From Curvularia clavata (Eukaryota), in contig CP089276.1 in the NCBI GenBank assembly GCA_023920165.1, forward strand, positions 1,984,001 through 2,048,000: a DNA stretch of 64,000 bases, written 5' to 3'. The notes under the pieces were generated by a model. The model was not told where the DNA came from. It was given only the letters and a program-made list of their open reading frames with translations, and did no database searches. Position 1 is the first letter of the stretch. Each line of letters begins with the position of its first letter. Positions 43,020 to 55,367 of this stretch are shown one piece after another. The position numbers and the translations under genes are program-made.

Positions 43020-45823
43020 ATGCCGCGACAGCGCGCCCTCCAGGAGGAGGAAGCGGAGCTTCTAGCCAAACACGAGCGGTCCGCACGCACCTCTGAAGAC
43101 GAGTCCGAGGGCTCCGTATCGTCCATCTCCACCACATCACTAGTTCTCGAGCACATTAACAACCCAGCGATCGCCGGCGCAACGCGATCCATTCGCGGGG
43201 AGAAGTACACGGACGACGACGACGATGCAGGACGCTCGCGCGAGCAGTTCGACATCGAGGGTGTACGATACCATACCGCAACAGGAGTAGATAAGAAGGC
43301 AAGGAGGTGGTTATGGATCATAGGTACGGCATGCGTAGCAGGATGGACGCTTGCGCTGGTGATCTTCTTGATGAAGGGCACCTACAAGCCTGTCTCGAGC
43401 CGACCACACGATCCTCTTGCGAGCTCCACGAAGGGATCGGGCAAGAAAATCACAATGGATGAAATCTTGAGTGGCCAGTTCTATGCCCAACACCAGAGCG
43501 TCGAGTGGATAGCAGGCCCAGCGGGCGAGGATGGCTTGTTGCTCGAGAAGGACTCTGGAAACAAAGAATATTTGGTAGTCGAGGATATCAGAACCAAGGA
43601 CGAGATGAAGACGTCCAAGGCGAAGACTATTCTTATGAAAGAAAAAAGCTTCACGGCAGGCGCATCCGCTGTCTATCCAGTTGATGTTTGGCCCAGCAAG
43701 GACTTTAAAAAGGTGCTTGTCATGTCGGATTACCAGAAAAACTGGAGGCACTCTGGAACCGGAAAATACTGGATATTCGACGTAGCGACGCAAACTGGCG
43801 AGCCTCTCGATCCACAGAACCCAGACAGCGTGATTCAGCTGGCTTCCTTGTCGCCGCAATCGGATGCAGTTGTATTTACGAGGGACAATAACATGTTCTT
43901 GCGCAAACTGGATTCGAAAGAAGTCATTCAGATTACAAAAGATGGCGGAAGCGAGCTGTTCTATGGTGTTCCCGACTGGGTCTACGAAGAGGAGGTATTC
44001 CAAGGAAACAGTGCAACGTGGTGGTCTGAAGATGGCAAATACATTGCCTTCTTGCGCACAGATGAATCAATGGTCCCGACGTACCCGGTTCAGTATTTTG
44101 TCTCACGGCCCAGCGGAGCAAAGCCCAAGGCTGGCGAGGAAAACTACCCCGAAGTTCGCGACATCAAGTATCCCAAGGCCGGTGCACCAAACCCGATCGT
44201 ATCGCTGCAGTTCTATGACGTCGAGAAGGGCGAGGTATTCAGCGTCAATATTGAGGACGACTTCAAGGATGAGGATCGGTTGATTACGGAAATCGTATGG
44301 GCAGGAAAGACAAAGCAAGTACTTGTCCGGGAAACGAACCGTGAGAGTGACACCCTGAAGCTTGTTCTGATGAATGTCGAGCAACGCACTGGAAAGACAA
44401 TCCGGACAGAAAATGTTGCAGAGCTAGATGGTGGATGGTTCGAGGTCTCGCAAAAAACCACCTTTGTGCCAGCAGACCCCGCCAATGGCCGCGAACACGA
44501 CGGCTATATTGACACCATCATTCACGAGGGATACGACCATATCGGCTACTTTACACCTCTAGACAGCGACAAACCTGTGCTCCTTACTCAGGGTCAGTGG
44601 GAGGTTGCCGACGCGCCGTCCCGGGTGGATTTGAAGAACAACATTGTCTACTACATCTCCACTGAGAAGAGCTCCATCGAGCGCCATGTCTACTCCGTCT
44701 ATCTGAACGGTACTGGAAAGAGCGAAGTCGTGGAAAACAGTGGTTCGGGGTTCTATGACGCATCCTTCTCGGCTGGTGGTTCGTATGCCCTGATCACCTA
44801 TAGAGGGCCCGGTATTCCATGGCAGAGGATCATGAGCACAAAATCGACCAACGAGAAATACCAAAAGGTGATTGAAGAGAACAAGGCTCTCGATCGCTTC
44901 GTACGCCAGCATGAGATGCCAATTCTCAACTACCAAACAATTGACGTGGATGGGTTTACGCTTAACGTTCTCGAACGGCGTCCGCCGCACTTTGACGCAA
45001 AGAAGAAGTACCCGGTGCTGTTCTACCAATATAGTGGTCCAGGATCTCAGGAAGTAAGCAAGAGGTACAGAGTCGATTTCCAATCGTACATTGCCGCGAG
45101 TCTTGGATACATTGTTGTCACTGTGGACGGACGCGGTACGGGTTTCCTCGGTCGTAAGCTTCGCTGCATCACCAGAGGCAACATTGGGTACTACGAAGCG
45201 CACGATCAGATTGCGGCGGCCAAGATCTGGGCAAGCAAGAAGTACGTTGATGCCGATAGAATAGCAATATGGGGCTGGAGCTACGGAGGCTTCACTACGC
45301 TGAAGACGCTTGAGCAAGACGGAGGTGAGACGTTCAAGTATGGCATGGCCGTTGCACCCGTCACAGACTGGCGTTTCTACGACTCCATCTATACCGAGCG
45401 GTACATGCATACGCCCCAGAACAATCCCGCCGGCTACGAGAACTCGACCATATCCGATGTCAGATCGCTCGCGAAGAACGTCCGATTCCTTGTTATGCAC
45501 GGTATTGCCGACGACAACGTACACATGCAGAACACTCTTACTCTGCTCGACCGACTGGATCTCGCAGGTATTGAGAACTACGACGTACATGTGTTCCCAG
45601 ACTCGGATCATGGCATCTACTTCCACAATGCCAACAGAATTGTCTATGATAGTAAGAGTGTCCCTCCTGTGAAAATCAGGATAATGCTAACGAAGATACA
45701 GAACTAAGATGGTGGTTGGTGAATGCTTTCAATGGTGAATGGTCGAGGATTGCAAAGGCGAATCCAAAGGCCCAGATTGACGCAAAGTCGGTAGAGCGGA
45801 AGAGCGTTGTTTTGCGTGCGTAA
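43020..45823 (+). CDS. DAP2: Dipeptidyl aminopeptidase B (S9B, type II membrane protein)
   Basis: N-terminal TM segment, GVPDWVYEEE, catalytic GWSYGG, HGIADDNVH, FPDSDH; last intron ~45652-45702. Confidence 0.92.
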
Positions 45824-46217
45824 CGGATATATCGGCCTTTTGGTGTTTGGAGTTTGTCAACCGTGATGGATGTTGGATTGAGTCCATTCCAGATATGTGT
45901 AGTTACGGTCTAGTACGCTCTGATTTGTCACTCTGAAGCACCATGGTACGGTTAGACGACCACGATGGCGCTCCTAGACTAGACTCCATTCTGCAGCTAC
46001 GAAGTTCATAGAAGGAATTGGCCAGCTTCAAGTTCTACGATTTGGTCAGCACAATGGTGTCGTGATAATCAGCTGCGCTCCAGAAGCCGTTCCCCTCTTT
46101 ATCAACCCCACTTTCAGCTGTTGTATAAAAGAGCAATCATGACGCCAGTGCAAGATACTACACGACGATCATTGTGCGACTTGACTCTGTAAACGCGGAT
46201 AAACCCAATTACCCACG

Positions 46218-47355
46218 ATGAAGTTCTCCCCAAACGACCTAGCCATCTGCGAAACATGCGGGACACAATACGATGTTCCGCTGTCACAGCACCCGGAGAC
46301 GTGCCGCATCTGCGATGTACGTCATAGCAAGTCACGATAAATTTACATTTGAAACACAATGGCATTTGTATCTGGGATAACGAAACTCATAAAAAATGAT
46401 GAGAATGATAAAATTAAGAAGAAGAGAAAAACTGACATGACACCAGGACCCGCGCCAATACGTCCCCGCCACCGGCCAAACCTGGACCAGTCTCTCGCAC
46501 GTCCAATCCATTCAGAAAAACGTCTTCGAAACTGACAAAAAGGACCCTCGCATCCACTACATCAGCACGCGCGCCCTCACACCTTCAGAACTTCCGCCCG
46601 GCCTCTCCGACTCGAGTACCACTCGCAAGCAACTTGGTATTGGGCAGCGCGCCATCTTGCTGCAAACTGCGCACGGTAATGTACTCTGGGACTGCATTGC
46701 CCTACTTACGCCTGAGACGATTGAGTTTGTGGAGTCCAAGGGAGGACTGAAGGCAATCGTAATTTCCCATCCGCATTTTTACACGACGCATTTGGAGTGG
46801 GCGAGCGTATTCAAATGTCCTGTGTACGTCTGCGCTGACGATGCGGAGTGGTTGAATCGCGAGGATAAAGAGGGGGTGAGGAAGTTGGTTCAGGGTGCCA
46901 CGCCGATTGAGGAGGTAGGAGGAGATGTTACTATGGTACAGTGTGGAGGCCATTTCGAAGGAAGTTCGGTCGCGGTGTGGGAGGGGAAGATGTTTATTGC
47001 GGACACATTTATGAGTGTGCCTGTGAGTTTTTCACTCCATTATTTTTCGTTATCCTCTTGTGGTTGAAAAGCTGACGTGCGGACATAGTCTGGCTTCAGT
47101 AATGCCTACCGCGTACCGGATACTACATCCTACTCTTTCATGTGGGCATATCCTAACATGATTCCTCTGCCGCCGACTGCGATTCATAGGATTTGGAAGG
47201 CGATTAAGCCGTTTGAGTTTGATAGTACCTATGGAGGGTTTGCAGGACAGAATCTAAGCAGGCCGGACTTGAAGGCACAAGTGTTGCAAAGTATGAAGCT
47301 TTTCCTGAGGAGAAGTGGACATGAGAATGCGGCGATTTTTGAAGAGAGTTTGTAG
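46218..47355 (+). CDS. Metallo-beta-lactamase-fold hydrolase with N-terminal CxxC..CxxC (3 exons)
   Basis: ICETCGTQY..CRICD|DPRQY, GIGQRA, LWDC, ISHPHFYT, GGHFEGS, FMWAYPNMIPL. Confidence 0.85.
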
Positions 47356-47917
47356 GCTAAGCGTAGGATGCGCAGTCGAATTGGAGTTGCGGACTAGTCA
47401 TTTGTGTACACTTTGAATGAAGACTATTGTATTGCAATCCTCTTGTCGAGTGGCGTAGTCAATTCAAACCTCGAATTTACTGCACAAGGTAGAGAGGTCA
47501 AAATAGCAGAAGCTGCATGGTAACAAGGTAGATCATTGACGTTCCAAGCAGCTGGGTCGACTCGTTGAGGCTCAGCGGCTGCGCATGTACAAGGGAGTCT
47601 GAAAAATCATACCATGTCGTATAGTACTCCCTCAATGTAACACCAGTAGCCCCAGCAAAATCATTTGGGGGCCACGGAGTTCAAGTAGCCGGACAACAAA
47701 GTTCCTTGTTGGGGAACAAGATGTACTCCGCCTCGGGTTCTTTGTGTGCCAAAAATAATGAGATGCATCATGCCCCGCCGTTGTCCTGGAAAGCAGCGTG
47801 ACCATGAGGGGACAAAGAAGCAGTTTAACTAGTAATTGCGCTGCTGCTACGAGGTTGTCCAGCATACTTATCCCTTGGAATACATCTCGCTGTACTACAC
47901 TCTGTCTGCTTACAGCA

Positions 47918-49303
47918 ATGGCGCATGTAGCAGAAGATTACTACGACATGCCTGCTGACGAACTGCCGTCTGCAAACTTTGCAGGACGTCCAACGAGTGA
48001 CATTGACATGCTCGGCGGATACTGGAATCTGGCTACACACTATTCATCGTCCTCCGAAGATGACGACGATGACAGCAACATTAGGGCCTCACCGCAACGA
48101 AGAAATTTATCAAGACCATGTCGACCCGCCCCGAAGCTACAAAGGCGAGCAGGAGAAAAAGGGCCGAGTACTACGACGAGTACAATTTCCCCCACCGATG
48201 ACATCAGTCATGGCAGCGGTGTAACAGGTTCAGGATGGAGGGTGTCACAGAGGAGAGAGCAACAGACGGCGTCTGGTAGTTTGGAGGCACGGACTTCACC
48301 GCTGTTTGGACCCAGTAGAGTTAAGAGGAAGAGGAAGACACGGACGCAGTCATGTGACGAGACTGGCAGTGGTACGGCGACCAGCCGACCTATTATTCCT
48401 ACTAGTACTAGCAGGACGAGGGCCATGTCGGGGCCACCGGGCGGCGGAGAAGCAATTTCTCCTTGTGCAAAACAATCTCGCACCTCTGTCGCGCATCCGA
48501 CGCGCGTACGACGAATGGGGCAAAGCACGCAGCTGGCAGCGCTGGACACGGGCGTAGCAGCCGACGAATCCAAATCGAGGAAATTTGCATCGTCGCCAAG
48601 CTCAGTGCTATTGACGCCGCGTGAGCTGTATGGGATTGGCGACGGGCAGGCAGACCGTGAAACAGCAGCCAGGGCCTGGCAGGCGGCGGCCAATATCATG
48701 GGCTCGCCGTTGTCGTCTTCATCGCGATCAAACACGCATTGCTGCAATGAGCAGGCTGGTGGGAGGGTCGACGTGGCGGACCCCCGGAATATAGATTGGC
48801 CGGGCGCGATGATGCCTGCAAGGGAGTCCGTTAGGGTGCGCAGAGACTCTGTTGCAACAGGACTTGATGCGTCCACGTTTGATACCAAATTAGGGTCCGA
48901 GGAGAAGCGCTACGACACTGAGCAAGTGGGGCCTGGAGAGGATGATATCGTCACGTTTTTTGAAGAGTTTGGTGTCGTGGTAGAGGCGACCGAGGCGACC
49001 CTAGACCAATTCTGGCTGCGGCACAGCTGCACAGCAGAGGACGACCGGTCTGACGCAGCCATGTCGACCATATCAACCGTATCAAGTGTAAGGATATCAG
49101 GCGTGGGGGAGGCAAAGGCAGAGACGCCACAGATTGACCAACAGTCACAGTCGGGTCGACAGTCGAGGTTCTCCTTGTCGTCAGCGTCGTCATGCTCGGC
49201 ACCCAAGTCCCGGCCGCAGAAGCGTAAGCGTAGCAGGCTGAGGGACTTGTTGTTGTCACCAGGTCTTCCTGGCACAGCCTTTCTCAAAATCCCTGCGAGC
49301 TAG
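47918..49303 (+). CDS. Hypothetical low-complexity Ser/Arg-rich protein
   Basis: Open frame of more than 460 codons; no recognisable domain. Confidence 0.55.
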   Translation: MAHVAEDYYDMPADELPSANFAGRPTSDIDMLGGYWNLATHYSSSSEDDDDDSNIRASPQRRNLSRPCRPAPKLQRRAGEKGPSTTTSTISPTDDISHGSGVTGSGWRVSQRREQQTASGSLEARTSPLFGPSRVKRKRKTRTQSCDETGSGTATSRPIIPTSTSRTRAMSGPPGGGEAISPCAKQSRTSVAHPTRVRRMGQSTQLAALDTGVAADESKSRKFASSPSSVLLTPRELYGIGDGQADRETAARAWQAAANIMGSPLSSSSRSNTHCCNEQAGGRVDVADPRNIDWPGAMMPARESVRVRRDSVATGLDASTFDTKLGSEEKRYDTEQVGPGEDDIVTFFEEFGVVVEATEATLDQFWLRHSCTAEDDRSDAAMSTISTVSSVRISGVGEAKAETPQIDQQSQSGRQSRFSLSSASSCSAPKSRPQKRKRSRLRDLLLSPGLPGTAFLKIPAS

Positions 49304-50283
49304 CAACAGCACGTCGGCGAGTAGTTCAGAAGACATGAATGCCATCCTGTGTGTATAACGGGTCCAAATTAAACTTTGTGAAATGAATATGGTGTGAACG
49401 CGATTCAGCGGATCGATCCTGGGGGGGTGTCCAAGCACGTCAGTCAGCCTTAGCAGAGTAGTTCGCGAGAGACGGCCTTGGTGGTTTGCAGAGCATCGTG
49501 AGAATAAGCAAGTCTAGACCAGTGCGTGGCTAACGAAAACAAGCACTCTGACGGCGATCCGCCGTTTCCGCGATTCGCGTTGCTCTTGTGTAATGAAATG
49601 ACGACGGGGAAGAGGGTTGGCATCGTCGCATCGGGAAGATGAGCGACGCTGGCTTCGCCGCCAGGACCAAAGGGTTACGCCCATGGCGCTGCCACTGACC
49701 GCACAGGGTGCCCAGTGCGACACGATGCACAAGATGTGCTGGTCCATTGCCGAGTGCGGGCATGCAATAGGGTGGAGGAGATACTGGGGGGAGGGCCCTG
49801 GTGACATGGGGGTACCGCTGAGCGTGCTATTCCTTTACAGGGAGCGAGAAAACGAGGCAGCAAATGAACAACTCGGCCGACTCCTTTCATCCAATAACAC
49901 ACGGATTGGGACGGCCGTGATCATCGTCGCGCGTTGCCCTTCTGAGCGTTGCCCTGGCCCTTTGTCCACCGCTCAGCGCGGGCCGCAGGCGTCAGACACT
50001 TTCCGACACGAGCCAGCGCATCGCCTGTCCCCCATGTATGCCGGCCTATGCTAAAAAGCACATCCCCCCAATGCATCCCGCACTTCTTACCTGTTGATCG
50101 CCTGCTCCCCATCCCATTCTTCAAAGCCCATCTTACACAGCTCTTTGTCCAAACAACCACCCCTCTGTCCCAACAAACGTAAGCTACTTCGTTCGTTTTG
50201 CCATCGTTTTGTGCTAATTGCGGCCCTGTCACCAGTCAACCAAACTCCAACACTTCCCACTACCACGACCAAGACCACCTTCC

Positions 50284-52160
50284 ATGGCTTCGACTTTGTC
50301 CAGTAGTAGTAGTAGCAGTAGTAGTAATAGCTACGTCGACTTTCTCCAGCAAGCCAAGCGCAACTTCTGGATGAGCAACGCTCACCTCACAGAGGACGAG
50401 CGAAACCATGCCTGGTTCCAGCTGGCGTGCCAACCCACACAAGCCTCGACAGCCGACCAAATACCGCGCTCCATGCCCTGCCCCTCGTCCGACGTGACAC
50501 AATTCTCAGTATGGATTTGATTTGGTCCGCGCTCCTTGGCCCTGCTCTCTAACACGCCCTCCAGATGTCTGGCTCCGCTCCCGTCATGAACCGCTCAGAC
50601 TCGGCCATGAACGACAACATGCACGCCTACACCGACTACACCCTCTACTCGGACTCGTCGATGCACAGGCAGCCCGCCCTCCAGTCGCTGGCCGAGGCTG
50701 GCTACAGCACCGGCATCGCAGAGTACAGCGTTGACGATTACGTCAGCAGCTGCATCCAGCCAGACGGCTCCTCCTCCACCCTCCCCTTTCCCCAGCACTC
50801 ACAGTCGTTGCAACTGACACCAACCCCGCAGTGGAGTTCATCTTCCGATGTCTCTTCACCCGCCACCCCGTCAACCGCTCTGATGACCCCTGTTACTCAG
50901 TCCAGTAATATGAGCCGTCAGGGCAGTTGCAACCCTCAGTTCTTTGATCAAGTTTCCATGTTGCGTGTCCCGTCAGATTCTTCATGTATCATGCCCATCC
51001 TCTCAGAGGATGGGACCTTTCCTTATTCCTTTGGTGTCGAGTCAAAACCCATCAGCGAGTCCGCTGGTGTTTCTCCTTTTCTCTCCTTCACTGGCTCCTC
51101 CAGTGAAGCTTTCCTTACTTCTTCTGCTTCTTTGTCTTGTTCTGTTCCCGCAAGTGTGCCCGCACTTGCCTCTTCCGACATCAACGTCAACAACAACGAC
51201 CAGTCGTGCCTGGCGGAGGATATGCGGAGGTCGACTTCAATCACGTCTAACGTGGGCAACTCGAGCGAGGCTGCTGCTTCTCCCTCGACGGACTCACGTC
51301 ACTCGCAGCGCGAGCGTGAAATCATCGCACAAGCTGCGTCTCGCAAGATTGCCCCAAAGGCAATCGACAGCCAGAATGAGGCCGAGTCCAAGTCATCCAA
51401 TGCTCAGATGGCAAGGATACGGTCTGAAGATGGCTCGTCCAAAACTGTTGGTGTCATTGCTAAAACGCCCTATGTGCGTCCTCAGCACCCAAAGATCAAG
51501 TGTAATTTCTGTAACGAGCGGCCCGATGGGTTCCGTGGCACCCATGAACTCGACCGTCACATTGCCCGTGCCCACGCCTCGCGTAGGAAGGGTTACATCT
51601 GTGTCGACTCGTCGGCGGACCAGAAGTTTCTTGCCAACTGTAAGCACTGCCGTAACAAGAAGGTATACGGTGCCTACTACAACGCTGCTGCCCATCTCCG
51701 CCGTGCCCACTTCCACCCCCGCAAGAGGGGCCGGAAGGGCCGCAGCGACGAGAAGCGTGGTGGTATCGGTGGTGGCGACCACCCTCCCATGGAGTACCTG
51801 AAGCAAAACTGGATCAAAGAGGTGGAAGTTGAGAACAAGCCTACGCCTCAGTCTCCTGAGAGCAACTCGGACAACGACGCTCCCGAGTCCGCCGACAACT
51901 CCAACGCCGACACCACACCCTCGTACAACGTCGACACTGTTGCTGCCCAGTACCCCATCTCGCAACAGCCCCTGCCTATGCCCATGATCAGCCAAGTCTC
52001 TGTTGACCAACAGCCTCAATATATGGACTATGGTATGAGTATGCATGCAAGTGAGCCCATGGTCTTTGACAACACGCCCTTTTTCGACCCAAGCCTTGCT
52101 GCTGCTGGTGCTCCCACAGACATGAGTAATTTCCAGTTCGACGCCTACATGGGTTCATAG
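50284..52160 (+). CDS. Putative zinc-finger transcription factor (DUF7896/KLAP1-like), 2 exons
   Basis: CNFCNERPDGFRGTHELDRHIARAH, CKHCRNKKVYGAYYNAAAHLRRAHF, KRGGIGGGDHPP; intron ~50509-50565. Confidence 0.8.
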
Positions 52161-53020
52161 ACAGATCTCTGTCGCTTCTCCTGTTCTTATCCTTTTATCC
52201 TTGCTTTTATTACGCCTTGAAGACGATGGCTTCATGTTGGGAGGTACCCTTTCGTTCTTGATGTATATAACGTTTTCCCTCTTTCTTCACCCCTTTCATC
52301 TTTCTCTCGCATTTTCCCTCTTTTAATCGGGATTCACCTGGCGTTTTTCGATGACTGTGACCACCAGTCGGGCTGAGCTTCTATGGAGCGCCTGGAGCTG
52401 CGGTAGGTTCGCATCGGGTTGGCGTTTTTGCTGTTTTTGTTATACGATGGATGGAAGACAGATGTGCAGGGTAGCTCTCTCCGTTTTGAGCTGGTTGTTT
52501 GGTTTGATGTTTGAGGAGAGGGTGGTTAGGGTATACGTAGAGACGAGAGAGCGTACACACGGCAGAGTGGTGTAATTTCGGTACTACATATTCCCTGGTA
52601 CATGGGAAGGGGAAGAAGGCTGACGAAGAAAATGAAGAGAATACTTGTTACTTGTTGTTCCTGATTAAGTTCTTGCAGTGAGGTTTGTTAAAGTACAGTT
52701 TTTGATGATAGATTGTTGGTGAGGAATATTCAAGTAATTGTTCCCATCATGTTTGATGATGTTTCGTGGTGTATGTCTGTGTGGATTCGCGTTGAGAAAT
52801 GAAGAAAAGACACGTAGAGCCTTTCTGTGTATTTCAATCACTAGTCTGCAGGAATATGACTGTCCATGTCAAACGCCGATCTGAGGAGTTCCAGACTCTT
52901 GTCGAGGACTCAATTTTATATCAACAATTATATTACTACACAGTAGCTTTTCATTATCCCTCATCAAACCCAGACAGCGACTCAGCTCATTTCACTCGTT
53001 TTCCAGAACCCACCGCATTC

Positions 53021-53640
53021 CTAGTAGCTAGAATTTGGATAATTGCCTCCACCCTGCGTCTCATTATCCACAGGGTTCGCCGGACCACCTGTCTGTCCGT
53101 ACGCACCACCCGCCGCCGTAGCCTGCGCTTTAGATGCTTTGATAGCTTCTCTGGCCTCTGCCTGCTCTGCTTTCTTCCTACGCGATCGTCAGAAAAACCA
53201 ATGTTCTTTATAGCCGCCACATGATGCGTGTGCACTCACCTATCCAAGTCACTTTCCAGTCCCGGCTGTGCACCGCCTCCACCCATACCTTCCCCTTTCC
53301 TCGCCACAGCATCTGCTACCCGCCCCTCACCCGGCATAGCCATTTGCTGTCCGTCGAGCTCCTTATGGCGTCCCACGTCTTCGTCGCTCAGTCCTTTTCG
53401 CTCCTCTCCCGCCGGCGCGCCGTGAACGCCTTTGCCTTCTTCGAATTTGGCGTTGCGCAGACCATCCGCGTCACTGGCTTGCTTCGTGGGGATGCGCTGA
53501 TCCACCATGGCGGCGTTATCAGAGGCGTTGAACTCTGATTGTACTTGTTCTTTGGGGTCTTTTTGCACAGGGTTGCTGGCGGTCGCGTAGGCTTGGTCGA
53601 GGGAGGGCTGCGAAGGGCCTTTAGGGTCAAGCGCGGACAT
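53021..53640 (-). CDS. Small hydrophilic conserved fungal hypothetical protein (2 exons)
   Basis: LDGQQMAMPGEGRVADAV...GLESDLDR|KKAEQAEARE; TATAAA upstream on the minus strand (~53671-53676). Confidence 0.75.
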
Positions 53641-54276
53641 GGTTGCGGTTGCCGTGTTGGTTGAAGGGGTTTTATAAGTGGATTATGAATTGATCAGGAA
53701 TTGAGTTTGAAAATCTCAATGGCAGATATTTGGGGTTGGTTTTGTATAAGGAAAGAACTGGTTGAGCTGTCGAGGTGTTGTTTTGGTTGGACTATCATCA
53801 CTGCTATGACGTCTGCGGGGCGCGCCCGTAATTCATTCCACGCCCGTGCGCTGCTAGTCATGTGAATACGTGGAAAGCTAATCACTGGGCCGCGTTTTAG
53901 TCGTTCTTTGTAGTAATTCGGCATCAGCGTGGGATGTTATTGCGTGGTTGGGTTGTAAACTTGGATTCTCACAGTGAACATCTCCACTAAGTCCAATTTA
54001 CGTCATGGTGTCGTTACCCCTATGGTTTTGAGTTACTTCATATTTTACACAGCGGGTATCTGGCTTATGTATACCAGATCAATAGCAGTGTCTGTTTCCC
54101 CCCTCATGGCGTTGAGGGAATAGTTGTGCTGCTCAAAGTACCTCGGCGCATTCAACAACTAGGAAACGGCCATGTCGACAAAAATAGCATTCGTCTGTCC
54201 AGACTCCCAATCCATAACACCAGAAAATGATTTGCCCAAACGCCTTCGCTATGCTCGTGTAATCGATCAGTAGATA

Positions 54277-55065
54277 TCACTCCATCTCCATCTCCACGTC
54301 CTCTGTAGGCTCTCTTGTCTCGTCACGTTTTGGAGGATTGTTGTTTTCTTGTAACTCTGCTGCTTTGGCGGCCCTCTCGCGGGTTTTGCGACACCACTCT
54401 TCTATCGAGTCAGCAGCCCCTCCCTCAATCTTGATTGTTTTCGGCTCGGCTGGTACACCCAAGACTGTGCCCTGAAAGCGTGACTCGACTCCGGTTTTGC
54501 TGTGCTTCTTCATGAGGGCTAGATGCAATTAGCATTTCATAAAACATTGCAAGGGGACATGTAACATACTATTCAGGTAGTCCTCCATTTCTTCCTGGTC
54601 CAGTTGCTCTGTCGGGTTCGTCGGGACTGGCTTGTATGTACCGGCAATGCGCCGTATCTCCTGGTTCGTGTCGCCTTTAACCCATTGAATAAACTCAGTG
54701 ACGTCTGCTGTATCTTCGTTATCGCGTCGCGTCGCTTCCTTTTGGCGTGCACCCGTATCCGCGTTATACTCCTCGAGCGGCTTTCGTAATATCTCTTTCC
54801 ACAGTTCTTCTCCAGCTGTCATGGTTGGCACAAGGAGCGCGCAATCCTGCATGGCCATGCGCACATCGGTGATGGTCGGTGTGAGGTCGTTGTGATTCAA
54901 GTAGGCATTATAGGCTGTGCGCTCGGCCAGGAGAGTCAGGTACCGTGCTGTGAGGTCTACGATTGTATCGACTGCAGAGGGCTTGCCATGCTGGAAGCCT
55001 GTCGCGCGCAGAATGTGGAGGACGGCGGGCCGCAGCAAACTCAGGAAGAGATCGTTTTGAGACAT
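54277..55065 (-). CDS. TAF3: Bromodomain-associated (BTP) histone-fold protein, TFIID subunit TAF3-like (2 exons)
   Basis: SLLRPAVLHILRATGF..KPSAVDTIVDLTARYLTLLA...TITDVRMAM; EDYLN|ALMKKHSKTGVESRFQGTVLG. Confidence 0.75.
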
Positions 55066-55367
55066 GCTTGCACATGCGTCTGCGTTTATAGTAAGGAAGA
55101 TTCAGCGGTCCAGTGGTGACTGTTACGGTGGGAACAGGCACATGACGGTCAGGCTATGGGGGAATCAATGTTAAAGTGAAGGTACGCGCGGAAGCTTTGG
55201 CCTTTCACCGTTGCGCTCGCCAAGACAGCCCTCGACGCATCACCACGTCGTTCGTCCATTCGTTCCCCAGCCCGTAGACATTGCATCCCTTGCAGATGTC
55301 GCGCCCGCCGGCGCATCCTCACACCCTATCATCACAGTTTACGAAATAATCTGCGCCGCCACCCAAG

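Noticed and set aside
44559..45626. Long antisense ORFs (also 13367-14212, 51393-52046, 59625-60443)
   Set aside because: Shadows of codon-biased genes on the opposite strand.
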